56,997 nt of DNA, taken from the NCBI GenBank assembly GCA_013115145.1, contig JAAPAO010000181.1, forward strand, positions 1 to 56,997, given 5' to 3'. Shown piece after piece: positions 12,784 to 25,589 of the stretch. This DNA is from Perkinsus chesapeaki ATCC PRA-425. Lineage: Eukaryota > Protista > Perkinsozoa. A program made the translations under genes and the position numbers. The notes under the pieces are model-generated. The model made no database searches. It saw only the letters and a program-made list of their open reading frames with translations, and was not told where the DNA came from. The first letter of the stretch is position 1; each line of letters begins with the position of its first letter.

Positions 12784-13679
12784 GAAACATTTATTTGTAA
12801 GGCGTATCATTCGAAGGCCTTCTGAAGACTGCCTTCATGGTACACAGTATTTCTGTGGAATCATTGGCAAGATCGTCTCAGTACTAGTCTCATTCATTTG
12901 CCCTTGTAGTGAGTATACTAGGGACTTACCAGAATCAAAGCTCAGTCCACATGATTGGGTTGTGTTTTGTGGAAGTGGGTTAATAAACATCGCCCCAATA
13001 TGACAGTATATAGCGACTAGCAGGAAGAAATATTCTACAGACTCTCAAGTTCAGAGACCTTTAAATGAGACGCTCAAAATGTGGTAATTCGAGCGTCAGC
13101 CAAGGTGGCGGTTTTCGGGAATATCCGACAAGGCCTTTGAAAGGCCGCCTTTCCCCAATGGAGTATCTCCATTAGGAATTCCCAAGGAGCTTCCGAGGAA
13201 TTCCCGGAATTCTCGCGGGAATGGCAAGAACAACGAATTTTTGCGCATTCGATAGCAATTTGCAGCCAGCAAATGTCGGTATGCGTACAAGGAGTTCCCA
13301 TTAGGATCTCCATGACAGGCTGTTTGAAATAGTCGTAACTGTCCTTTCATACTTTAGTTGTATAGTATAACCAAAGTATCACTAGTAACATATAACATAT
13401 ACGCATCGTAAGCCTGTAATACAAGGCTTGTATCCGTTATTCCTGTGGAACTTAGGATGTCTTTAGAGTGCATAGACAGTGGAGGAAGTCCTGGCTGTAT
13501 TCCTTTGCGAATGCCTGATGTTCCTCTGTGACATGAGGCCCACAAACCTTGACAGAAAATATGTTCCTAGACCGGAAGGCGGCACTAAATGCCTTCCTCC
13601 TGGGAGAATTTAGGTTCCTCTACGGCTTTCTGTCCACAAATTCAAGCGATTCCCTGTCAGTCAGTTGCCTTGTCATATA

Positions 13680-15070
13680 GAGTATAATCAGTAATCAGAG
13701 GTACTCAACTCTCTGTGGTCTCCGCTTGCTTCACCGCTAAGTTTGGTACCTTTCCGCACCGTGCGGGTGAGTAATGGGGGACATTGTCAGCACGTGCACG
13801 TGCTAAACATGTGTCTCAGACACAGTGTCTGTGGTGTTCGACTCAACCTACTGATACACTACTAGTTCCTGTAGAAGCGTTATAGGATGAGCCTTGGAGT
13901 ACATCACCAAAGGCCTGACTCAGCACCCCCAGTCGACTACTTATACACGAGGATAGCGCTACTAATAGGATAGCCACCACTTAGGATAGCGAATCTGGGT
14001 TATACAAGGTAAGGTTCGCTTCTTTTCTTGTACTGAGACACGGAGACTTCTTCTGCTTCTCCCAGTTTCGCGCACAAATTACGTAACACATGGTGTCTGA
14101 CCAAATGACGAAGCATAGTTAGCACTTTGTCAAAGTTCTACCTACCGCTCTCGCGACAATGACCTGATAAAGTTCTCGTACACTCAGTGGAAGGTCGTAG
14201 AACCCTCCCAAGACCGCTGGACCTCCCTGCTCTAAAGCCCTCGGTTTCGAATTGGCGCGGTTCTTTCCCACAGGTTGTGCGAAGAGCGCACACAAGTAGC
14301 CCCCTCACAGAACTCAATTTGCAGCAAGCACCAAAGCTTCTGCTCTAAAAGTTATTCGTGCCATGGTGTAATGTTATCCTCGCAGTTCCGTTAGAAGCTC
14401 TAATTTCACTTAGCAATATGTTCAAAGTGGTAGTTATCACCATCCTAGTTAAGCCTCAACTGGCGGAGGTGGCAGCCCTTGGCAAGTACGCTGGATGGGA
14501 TGATGACTCTCGCTTCTACTGCGAGATGACTGTGAAGAGCTCGTCTGAAATGCAACTTGTGGCCGACGTTGAGCTGGGGAATCTGTCAGAAGTGGACAAG
14601 TGCTTCGACTGCCGCTTCCTGTACGGCTTATCCAACGGGTTTGCTAAGAGTGGGGACGAACTCTATGAGGGTGATTCCATCTCCACATCGGAGTGCACGA
14701 CCTTTTGCCTAGATGAACTAACAAAAGAGATCGGTGTTGGTGAACATTGTCGCTGGAATGCATACCCGGAGAACGGTATGATGGTTGTCGACGCCTGTGG
14801 CTTACACTGGCAGCTGCCGCACAGGAGTTAAGAAATATTTAGTCGTAAGGCGTATCATTTGAAGGCCTTCTGCAGACTGCCTTCATGGTACACAGGATTC
14901 CTATGACAGGAATCATTAACAAGACCGTCTCAGTACTAGTCTCATCCATTTGCCCTTTCAGTGTACTAGGGACACTGTCCATATGACAGTCAAAATTCAG
15001 TCCATTTGATAAAGTTGCGTTTCTGTTAGTTACACGCTGTACTACCCAATGTGACAGTATATAGCGACTA
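13680..15070 (+). repeat. Duplicated cassette, unit 2
   Basis: Homologous to 11100-13030 (see unit 1). Confidence 0.85.
14418..14831 (+). CDS. Secreted 6-Cys family copy 2 (A-type), intact, single exon, 137 aa
   Basis: ATG at 14418, hydrophobic leader, then GKYAGWD-FYCEMTVK-CFDC-YG-CL-CRWNAY-DACGLHW. Confidence 0.85.
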   Translation: MFKVVVITILVKPQLAEVAALGKYAGWDDDSRFYCEMTVKSSSEMQLVADVELGNLSEVDKCFDCRFLYGLSNGFAKSGDELYEGDSISTSECTTFCLDELTKEIGVGEHCRWNAYPENGMMVVDACGLHWQLPHRS

Positions 15071-17134
15071 GCGGCCTGCTAGTCTGCAGTGCAGACTCTG
15101 CACGGTCCCTATAGAGAACGAGAGCGGCTCGGTCTCCGTTGTCAAGGTTCTTGGTGTTCTCATGATACTGTTTGTTGTTAGCAAAGCGGAGCGTTGCGGT
15201 GGTGAAATCGAAGAGCGAGAGAGAGCAAAATGGTAGAGAGCGAAACTCCTGTCCAGCCGTCGCGTACGCGCAACTTGCGCGGCGCAAGGTCTCGACACAA
15301 CGTGCCGAACGCACGCGTGCAGTATCCTAACGAAGCCGATCGATGAAACGAACACGAGGTCGTTCCAAACGATCATGCTTCATGCAGAGCAGAAATGTAC
15401 CGCTGGAAGCATGTTTCGTTACTTCAACCACTCCCCCCGACTCCGGCGATGTGCGCGGGTACATCAAATTTATCCGAATGGTGTAGGCGCACAGAAACAT
15501 CAGCGAGTGAAGGGTTACCGCTAGGGGCAAAAAAGTTTGTCACTCGGTATCCGGTCCAGCAGGATCAACTTCACGCGCTGTGTTTCTACTTTCCCACACT
15601 CTGGTGACCGGGGAGATTTCGCTCTTTGCATGGTATAAAAATCATCGTCACTTGTTACAATTTGTGACTCACAAACCATTCCTGGGACTTTTTCAGATGG
15701 AGATGCAACATTAAGCCGCATCGCCGGGCCCCTCTATGGCTTCCTGTCAAGAAATTGCCATTTCCTGTCAGTCACCCTTTCCGTTTCCGAACATATTTGT
15801 CGCACCGTGGCTCCGTTCGACCACGGGAATCCGCCACGATTATTCCAAATTTGCCGCACCATAAAAAATGAAACCGTAAGATATGCCTACATGTATTTGC
15901 CTCAACCCTCTCAGAGATCGCTTCAACTTTGCCATTCTCTTCTCTCTCGTAATGTTAGGATCCTTCGGCACAAGATGCACCTAGTCGATCACAAAGATAC
16001 TCTCGCACTCGCAAGATTTTTAATTACATTAATCTTGTTCAGCTGCCATCGCTGCCAGAGATACGCGAAATAAAAGTATATCTCGAAAGTCACATAAGCT
16101 CTAAACGCGTGTTTGACAACAAGACCTGAAAACAGCCTCGTCGTCGGTTTTCCGAGATCGCCTGCTGCGTCATTCTTGTTTCACATTGTCGATGAACAAC
16201 AAGAGAGTTACTGGGTGATTCATTATCATCGCGACTTCATGCATGATACCCGCCGAAGACGATCCAGCATCCTCAGAATTCTCCAACTCGCCGAAATATC
16301 CTCCGTGACGTTCCTCATATTGTATCGCATTTTTTGGTAATTTATGTGTTTTTTTCGAAAACTGAAATTATGGATATGATGACACCGAAATTACTTACGG
16401 AAGGCGTCTGAAGTTCCACGGACGCTTCCTGCTTCGATCTTCAATTTCCATCTGAATGAAATCGATCACATGGTCATCCTATCAACCTTCGAAGAATCTT
16501 ACTTAGCTGCAGTATAGGCCGCGACTATCGGCAGAACCATTCTCACTGGCATTACCAGTATCCACTTTGTCAACAAACCTTGAAACGATCGATCGCGCAT
16601 TGCTGAACAAAGCCACCTTGCGCATGCGTGCATACCGATTTTTTCTTACTTTTTCCAAATTTCTTCATTATAATAAATCCTATTAATAATAAAACAATCG
16701 ACTTCACTTTTTTACCTGCAAACTCAATTAAAATGAATCATTTCCAACAAGAACCATCAAAAACCCAGGCTTGTTCAAAAGCCTCTCCACCAGCTTACCT
16801 TCGAGCATTCTTATTCTAATAAACGGTGAGAAAGACAGAGGTTAACTGAATTCAAATCTCTTCTGTCCGACCTTTTCCGGGACCTCCAAAAAACAGGCCC
16901 AAAATCCTCTCTCCGCCCGTAATTATAACAAAGCTGCCTCCTCGCGATTCCAAAAAATTCCGGACGAAATTTCGTGAAATTTTACCATTTCTTGGAAGCC
17001 TATGAAGGCGAAAACATGCATGTATGCCAACGCTGTCCTTTTTCCGAATATTCTCCAACTCCAACGCAAGAGCAAAATAACAAGTGAAAGCACTCATACC
17101 AAAAATAAGGCCGCAGGTTCGAAGCCCAGGCTCG

Positions 17135-20090
17135 TTATTTCTCCCCAAATAATTCTCTAACTTCTCTCAGAACTCGTCCTCGCCACGCTTTGTTCGTCAA
17201 TGCCTCGCCATGGATCCCCTCATCACACCAGCCGACAGTTAGCGGCTTAAATGGACTGTCTCTGCCACTTTTTCTGAAACTCAACGAATGTCTAGTAATG
17301 CAAAACACTAAATGACAGCCAATATGAAGTTAAAAAATAAGGCGCAGATTTCAGTGGCAGAAATTTTTCATGAAGCTCCCCCTGACGTCGCCAGATTGGC
17401 GAACCGATACAGAAAACAGTATCGGTTCAATTCTAGTAGAGTTAGTAGATTTTTGAATTATTGGGTTTTGAATTTCATTTAAATCACGGAAGCTCCGTGG
17501 TAAATAATATAAGTTCACCTTGAATTAAGAGGCTTTTGTTGGAGACGGAGCTTGTTCAACTGCCCATCTCGAAGTATCTCCTGTCTAGCCGCCCTAAAAC
17601 AGCCTATTGTGCATCTTACCCGCTTCAAGCTAAGATATTCCTTACTCTTCAGCCTCCAATAATCGCCTCACCGAATGCGCAGGTAGTATGAAATCCTTGC
17701 CACATAACGAAACGTGCGTCGGGACATCTCTCAGTTCTTCCGGCCACAAGTTATTCTAGAATTTTAGGAAAAATTACGAAAAATTTTAGGAAAAATTTTA
17801 TCACCTGCTCCCAGAAAAGATTTCTCGTCAAAGTGTGGGCCGTATAAAGCTCCCTAAATACCAGATACGTCGCCAGGATGCCCATCGGGTCATCGTGGGC
17901 CTAACAACCGAAAGGTCGTGGGTTCGAATCCCACCGATGACATTTTAACGCACTTTTCTCTGGGTGTTGAGCAGCAGATCATTTTTAACCATTAAAAAGC
18001 AAACTGGATCCACCAAGGTCAAAGAAGCGATTCTATCGGGCTCGTGCGCCTAACAAAAATCTTGCAGTCTTGCCCTCTCTTGCATTTCCTCAACGCTGCA
18101 CTTACCAGCAACCATCTCACAACAATAGTTCCAAAACTATGCCCAATCTGATAGCCAGGAATCGAACTTGTGCGGGTTCAAAATGTTACCATGTGAGCCC
18201 GAGGATATCCCCACGCGGTTAACATGTCCGCCACAACCACGCACATCTCTCGAGATGATGGCAAATTCGGGTAGGGGCGCATTGCAACCTTCAGAAGGAA
18301 CAAGGGGAAGGAGAGAAAGGCCAATTTGGGAGGAGTAAGCTGCTCGGATGATACAATCCGACAAATTCATGCTGGGACGGAATTCCAAAAATAGAAAAAG
18401 GAAAAGCGAAATCGGAAAAAAACGTGCAAAAGCTCGCCTTTTTTGAATTTTCCTGCCAACAAAAAATACCGCGTAAATCTACAGCGGGACAATTTGCACA
18501 AAGAATATTTTGTCAAGTGCTACATGTGGTATTTCTATACAAAACAGATCCCTGTCGGGAAAGGCTTCCCGGATATCCCTGACCAGCGGGATGTAGGGCA
18601 GAAGACCGATACCAAGGCCGTGACAAAACCTATCATAGTCATGAAATCGATCAACCGTTTCATGATTTTTACACTATCGGTTCGGTATGCTGATCCTCGG
18701 GTGCAGGAGCTTTGGAATACCAGTACTCTACAGTGCCAGAACGATACTTTCTGCCGGGAAAAAATTAGTCACGCGCCAGGAAATTATGGCTGTATCAATG
18801 GAATCTTAGTAAGATTCCATTGATACAGCCATTAATAAGATTATCTTACGTGAATCCAACAAGCCTCTCCAAAATGATATCGGTGACGACTGGCAAGGCG
18901 AAGTGAGTTATACCATAACATAGGAAAGGACGATATCTTCAGAAAAAAATTCCTTCTACGACTTTTCCCCGAAAATTTCGCCGGTAAATTAGCAAAAAAA
19001 TAGAGGGAGCCTTAAAATGGGCTCGTCCACCTCGCGGACTCGAAATTCGAGCGAGCGAGAGGAGTTTTGGGGGTTATCGTTGTTCTCCGGAAACAGCTCG
19101 AAGATACCCATTCAAATGTACTTCCGAGCCAGCTTGGAAAATATTTCGAAAAGTCCACGGAAAATTCGCGATTTCTGTTCATAAATTCCCAAAGTGATTT
19201 TAAGATTCGAGCATTTAGGTGACGAGGCCAAGGCGTCATCAGACCAGCCGCGAAGGAATATATTTCCCCGGACACGAAAGATCTCCCTTACGCTGCTGGG
19301 AGCGGGTCGCTCATGAACCGCATGCATCTTACATTCTTATTCGTACCATCTGACAGAAAGAAAATCCGGAAAATTTCCGGAAATTTTTCACCTCTCAATC
19401 CTTCCGAGATGTGAGCCCACTCCGCTAAATAGTCAACCATGACCTAAGAAGAATCATACTGTCGTGCGCATGCGTGCAAAATCTTACTCGCAATTCCTGC
19501 CTCTCCTGGATCGACAACTCATCCGTCTGGCAAAAAGCGGAAGAAATTAAAATCCGGGAAATTCCCCACAAAATTTCCTGAATATCCAAATTTTTACTTG
19601 CCGGTACTCGAAGAAATATTCAGCAACCCATTCCTCTAAATTTCCGCGCTCGAGGCTGTCGACCGGGGCACCGAAGAACCAACTGAAAAATGGAAGACTT
19701 TGAATGAGTAGCTAGAATCACGTACGCACTGTAAAGATTCCTGTACGAAGATTCCAGTACGCACTATAAAGATTCCTGTACGAAGATTCCGGTGCGCACT
19801 ATAAAGATTCCTCTACGCACTATAAATATTCCTCCACGCACTATAAAGATTCCTCTACGCACTATAAAGATTCCTCTACGCACTATGAAGATTCCTCCAC
19901 GCACTATAAAGATTCCTGTACGAAGATTCCAGTACGCACTATAAAGATTCCTCTACGCGCTATAAAGATTCCTCTACGCACTATGAAGATTCTCCCATCT
20001 TGCCTCGATATCTCAGCTCGCAATAATGCTCTCACTTTCACCGCACATAATTCATCATCATAATTCTCGTCCTCAATTACTGTAAACAAA
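17135..20090 (-). CDS. Alpha/beta-hydrolase fold protein, paralog 2 (multi-exon; 5' end approximate)
   Basis: WFFGAPVDSLERGNLEEW...FCHGLGIGLLPYIP...CIEIPH|VAMRPYPNLPSSREM...RAHM|IGHSFGTIVVRWLL|AHEPDRIASLTLVDPVCFL...RK|AHDDPMG...RELYTAHTLTRNLFWEQ|NNLWPEEL...GWCDEGIHGEAL. Intron positions match paralog 1. Confidence 0.85.
17901..17942 (+). pseudogene. tRNA 3'-half relic, antisense within 53-nt hydrolase-2 intron 17953-17901
   Basis: CTAACAA CCGAA AGGTC GTGGG TTCGAAT CCCAC CGATGAC A TTTT. Perfect T-stem, canonical spacing and a Pol III terminator. Confidence 0.8.
18150..18172 (-). pseudogene. B-box-only tRNA relic in 42-nt hydrolase-2 intron 18189-18148
   Basis: GTTCGATTCC in the intron preceding IGHSFG. 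Same intron and orientation as the longer relic in paralog 1. Confidence 0.45.
19723..19995. repeat. Minisatellite: 11 x 21-bp units plus 3 x 14-bp units
   Basis: TACGCACTATAAAGATTCCTC repeated, interleaved with TACGAAGATTCCAG. Probably lies in a hydrolase-2 intron. Confidence 0.95.
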
Positions 20091-23000
20091 GCCGAACCTG
20101 ATTAACGACGGTGGTACGATTCTAGGCAGGGGGCTTTTTCCTGCATTTTTATTATCATCATCAATCCTATCCTACACTCTTTAAAATAGCTCACTTGCTC
20201 ATCCCATCCCATAATAATTATCCCTATTCTTAATTAACCCCAATTCTCCAGCGGTATTTCCGATCACTACGCACATTTCCCCGAGTAAAGTTGTTGAGAC
20301 AGCAGTTGAATTACTAATACTCCACTATTACCTACGGTATATACCAACATACCAGCTTCACACCTGGCGTGACCTAGGTACGGTAGGTATATATAATAGT
20401 GCTGGTACAGCAGCAGGAGGAGGAGGAGGAGGAGAAGGAGGAGTAGCTACGTCATCCCGCATCATTCCCAACCCGAGATTGCCTACTCCGTCATTCAGAT
20501 TACGTCCCCCTTTTCTCACAGCTGTATCCCACAAGGTATCAGCTAACTTTCATCAATCTACCGCGAAATATTCGCTTTCAATCAACTTGCCGCCCAACAA
20601 ACGCGAACACACTGTATTATTACTTACTCGACCAAATCCGGATTTCCTTCAGAAATATTAATTTGCACGCATGCGCATGGCTTACTTGGTTGCCTCAATA
20701 TATCCACACCTTTATCGTGTTTCCTTTCCCACTCTCTAACTAAATTCTCGCTCGTAAAATCAGCTTTGGAATTAACCGGACCCAACCGCTTTCGCCTGCT
20801 TGGTGGCGTCCAGATACCTTCAAGAAATATCCAAAATCTTCACAGTGCGCAACTTTTCCCCAAAAAATTACACACAAAACGCTTTATACAAAGGTTTTCA
20901 GAAATTCCCGGATTCCTCCGAGTTAATGTCTCAAAACTGAGATTTTCAGACGAACTTACAGCCTCGAAAAAACGGCCGATGAAAACGAGTTATTTTAACT
21001 AAACCGAAACATGTGAGGCATCCCGGGAGACATGCTCTACATATTATGTAGGAAGATTGAGAATTTTCCAACAAGCCATGGAAAGCTTCAACATACCATT
21101 TGCCTTGTTGCCTCGACACCCAATGCTCAATACATTATATGACACAAGCTCTGACGAAGTTTTATACTCACTATCCTAATACCATTACCCATACAGCTTG
21201 TACATTCCGGCGATGACTCGGAGGACGATCGGAAGCGTGTCTATGCGACCACCATTTTCGAACGGCGACGGTTGCACTAAGCGAGCATCCTCAATAATAA
21301 GTTGCAGCAGTAATATTGAGTCAATATTACTGCTACAACTTCGTCAATACTAAAGCTATCGTAGCGCTGAAAGTTACTAAGCACTGGGCAAATACGTGCT
21401 ACGGTAGCACTGCTACCCCCGTTAAACGTACCATAGGATACCCGTTAAATAACAGTTTGATTTGAGCACTGGGCAAATGACCGTGACCACCAAGATACTA
21501 GCTTTCCTATCTCTTGGAGGGGATGATGGCCCATTTCTTATTATGTATATTCCTCTACAAGTCATTCGTTCCCTTTTCCTCCTCTGCCCCCTCCCCCTCA
21601 AGTATTACAAACATCCAATAAATGCTGAGCCTCCTCGTTCAGACCAACTTGAAGATCTCGGGTGCTACTCAACTGCTTCGATTGCGAGAAACACTAAGAA
21701 AATGAGAAACGGGTTGGCAGAAATCTGCATTGCATGGAAACATAGGTCTCGTTGAACCCATTCCATACAGGTATACAAGTTGTATAATACAACTACATAT
21801 TTGTAACAACATAATTTACACTATAACCTTATCATGATCTTACTCATCGAAAAGCTATTTTTATTAATAACATAACACCTGCCACAGCAGCTTGGGTAAA
21901 ACATTCGAAAATGATTTCCCCAATCCGCTGAACTTCATGATGGACTCCATCATGACCAATATCACAATTATAATAATAGTAATATCGTTGATAATAGTAA
22001 TGTCATAATTCACTGCTTGAAAGCCATAAAAAGTCATTCATGCACCCTCTAAAACTTGCCACAGCAACTGGGGCGAACTATTCAGATAGTATTCCCCAGT
22101 CTCCGAGAGGATGAATTATTTACCCCCCCCCCTCTGGGATGATGCTTCCTTCACAAGGCAGGCAAGACCATTGTAGCCTTATGATAAACAATTACATATA
22201 ATAACTTGCATCCAGGTTTGAATACTAATATTGCAATCCAACGTTTAAGTGAAATCATAAATGTCAGCTCACAGCACTCCTTACATGCTACTGATTTTGC
22301 CAAGACAGATCTCAGATTAATCCAGATATCGATTCGTCCGAAAATTAATTGTTCGCGATTGAGATCCTGACCATTTAATATAGGCTATATTTCATCACCC
22401 ATCCTCGGTACTTTGCTCCAAGAATAGGAAGATCGAGTTTTGCTCTCAGTAAGAATTTTTACGCTCACAACAACTTCCTCGTCAACCTAGAGCATACCAA
22501 ATCCATCGAAAATATCCCTTCAACAAATTGATAACTTCCCTCCCACCCCAACTAATACCCTCTGTAGCATCGGCTTCGATGAGTTGTGATCCGGATTCAC
22601 CGCCGCATGGACCTGAGATAATGGAGTTGATAATAAGTTCTCCCTACTAACAGTGAAGTTTTTCTCACGTATCGATCAATACATACCGATTTCCCATCAA
22701 ACCAGGTGCCCACTTTCCCCAAAACTGCCCCACCTCATTGGTGTCGCCCCTCGAAGCCGCTTACCGCCCCCCTCCCTATTACATGTATCTCATGCAGGCC
22801 TCTCAAGCACCTCTTCAATCTCTCCATCCGAGTGCTGTTCGCTCCCACTGAGTTCAAATCATTTCGCGGCGGCAAATGAGCCTGTAATCGTGCGCATGCG
22901 TGCATACCCATTTTTCCTCATCACCTTTCGATTTAGTTGCCGGTACTTCCATAAATAAATAAAATAAAAATAAACCTCCAATGTGAGCCAAAACCTCATG

Positions 23001-25012
23001 AAATGCCGACCATATACGCCTGAAACAGTTTTCTTGCGCGCCACAATATTCTACTGTGAGAATGCTATATAAGTGGTGTGCCTTCTATAAGACTCTAATA
23101 AACATTACAAACCCGTTTTCTGGGACCTATTAGCAATACCTGCTAAATTTTATTTGTGCAGTATGAAAGAGGTCTCTGCTCCGAGACGAACAATAGAATC
23201 TTGGTCTGGTCTAGCAACATATTCCCTATCAAACCTATTGCTATCATTCCTCCCCAATATAAACATTTCTCGGTGAGACTCGAAAACACACACACTTCAG
23301 TTCGTATTGGCGCTGCTCACGCATACCAAACACTTCCATGCTCGTGATTAAACAATAACAATTTTAGAAAGTGAGTTATTGGAGAAGAGCATCAGATGGA
23401 ATGAGTCCTGTTTCCTTTTGCTCTCATAACATATACCGGGAATCATGATATCATACCTCCCAACAACCAGAGGCTTGCGGACCGCAGAGGCTAGTCGAAC
23501 CAATCTAAACTGCTGCCCTCCTTCCTGAATAACCCAGGTTTATTACTAGCTAGCTCCGCCGCTGTCTCAACATGCCCGTTCCGTATCTTAGCTCGCCAAC
23601 TAAGACCTCGAAATGGAGTGCGCCACGAAATTCATCTTACCGGAAGAAGGTGAGAATCCATACAGCTGGCAGAACCGCTCTCAAGGGGGCGACGATGAGC
23701 CATCGGCTGGCGAACCGCCGACCCCTTTCGGTGCCTGGGGGCGGCGGCGGAGTCCAGGCGTCATAGTGGCGAGTACAAGTGCGTCACTTCATTAGCGAAT
23801 AATTTCGAGCATGATTTATATAAATAATCCTTGTTGTATTATACCAATACAACTTACTACTCACTGCAGTGATGAGCTAATGAATAGGGATCATTAAAAT
23901 GATACGCTTTCGAGTGAGAACAGAGTGAGTTCGGCCAATAGTGTTCGTTGGCGAGTTGGATACAACAGACTAACTTTTAGCGATAGCTCTGCCGAGAAGA
24001 TAAACATATAACACATCGAAACAACAATGCTACATGCTATTGAATGCCTACAAGGCACCTCATGAAAGCATGTGAAAGCTATACAGTATAGCCGAATATT
24101 TCTACAAGTAATACTGTGTAGTATATACGTACAGTAATACTTCTAAAAATATTCGACTACCATGAATCGGCAAACCTCGAACATCAATCATCCAAGAAAT
24201 CTCCTCCCTACCTCCAAGCATGGCTGCCATGACCAGAGCCGCAACTGCCTTGGCTGCTTTAGAGGAAAACGAGTGAGTTCGACCTGGTCGAGGCACCACT
24301 AATCGCTCACAAGCAATCGTTTGTAAGAATGGAGACGATGAAAATGGATCGCCAACTTTCAGCGACATCGCTGAAAGTTGTAATAATTGAGGCTAGCTGG
24401 GAGAGAAAAATAATTCATAGTGAGCGGAAACCGTAGAAAGATTGGCCGGATAACTTATCAGCCAGGAGTTGATGAAGCCTGTCGATCTGAGTTGAAAAAT
24501 ATGATTTTGTGCGCCAGTCGAATGAGCCATTCGAATCGGCTCGGTCATTCGGAATGTGACCGGAGCCAATTCGGTACGTTACAGAGGAACCCAACCGATG
24601 CCGAAAGTAGTTTCAAGATGAGGCTTACTGAGTGAGGGTACACCAACCACTGAGCTAGTGCTGCTCATGGGGTCTTACAGAGAGGGACTAGTGTAAAAAT
24701 AACTACACGAAATAACAGGTAGCAAATCTGGAGCATTCATATGAAGAATAGTGAAATACCGATGAACTTGAACTCAAGAATCAAGCTAGAAAATAAAGGA
24801 AAGTCTTCTGAGAGTTTCATTTGATTGATTATCTGAGTCTGAATTCCTACCTGGCGTTAGTCTAAGTACCGGAATGGGCGTGAATGGACTAAGTCTATTC
24901 CCGCTCCGGTGGTGCGATCAGTCGCCTGAGCATCTCTCAACTGCCTGACAAGCTGAGTAGACAACCGATGTCGCGGGACAAACAGTGCCCCATAAAATAA
25001 GGTGATCAAATT

Positions 25013-25589
25013 ATGAAAGGAGATGATACTACTTTTGCTGTCATGAATATGGACTGTATGCACCCCAAACATAAGCTGTCGGGCGATGTGGAACCTAAAC
25101 GAAGAGGTCTACATCCTGAGGCCAAGAAGGCCGTGGACGAGGGACTGTTAGGTGGCATACATGCGGCGCAGAGCGCTATAAGATTGAGGGAGGAAGGCTC
25201 CAAGGATCCGCGGGGCATCTCTTCATGGATGCTCCGAGCGCCTCCTAACCTACTCCCGGGGAAGTAGGTTGCAACCCCTGGCATGGAGGAGTCCTCCATG
25301 GCATGGAGTCCATGCCAGGGTCGTCCTGCAGCAGCAGTGAAGCGAAGAGATCTTGGAGCGTACCGTACGCTCCAACATGATCTTGGATGACCTCGTAGGC
25401 TGCGTACGAGGTCCTTCGGGAAGTTTCGACCGGCGAAGCTGGGGTCACACGGAGAGTACGATATACCCCGGTATATTCCACTCCATACCAATGCCATGGA
25501 CGGGACAAAACCTGCACTTAGACCAGGCGTCACTGTCACAAAGGGCTGCGATGCAAACCTTGACGGTGTGCAGAGTCCATAAGCTGTAA
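25013..25589 (+). mobile_element. Possible degenerate DNA-transposon (Mutator-like) ORF remnant
   Basis: CMHPKHKLSGDVEPKRRGLHPEAKKAVDEG...IRLREEG weakly resembles the MULE transposase pre-catalytic region. Stops follow and no introns are seen. Confidence 0.25.

Larger units (their letters stand above)
11100..13030 (+). repeat. Duplicated cassette, unit 1 (upstream flank, Cys-rich gene, downstream flank)
   Basis: 11100-11390 matches 13680-13970. 12240-13030 matches about 14310-15070. Homology ends at GACAGTATATAGCGACTAGC. Confidence 0.85.

Noticed and set aside
14358-14417. N-terminal extension from the GTG start in the ORF track
   Set aside because: It spans the conserved acceptor-like site. 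The homologous ATG at 14418 matches copies 1 and 6.
15070-15400. Possible retrotransposon post-integrase fragment (KQYHENTKNLDNGDRAALV)
   Set aside because: One weak motif with no catalytic residues visible.
17889-17942. Functional D-armless mini-tRNA (GTCATCG pairs with CGATGAC)
   Set aside because: The apparent 5' strand lies in a hydrolase-2 exon (codons for H-D-D) that aligns with paralog 1. It is better read as an intronic 3'-half relic.
18443-18823. 126-aa plus-strand ORF
   Set aside because: It is antisense to the HGLGIG exon of hydrolase 2.
19723-19995. CRISPR-like array
   Set aside because: Units are directly adjacent with no unique spacers, there are no cas genes, and the context is eukaryotic.
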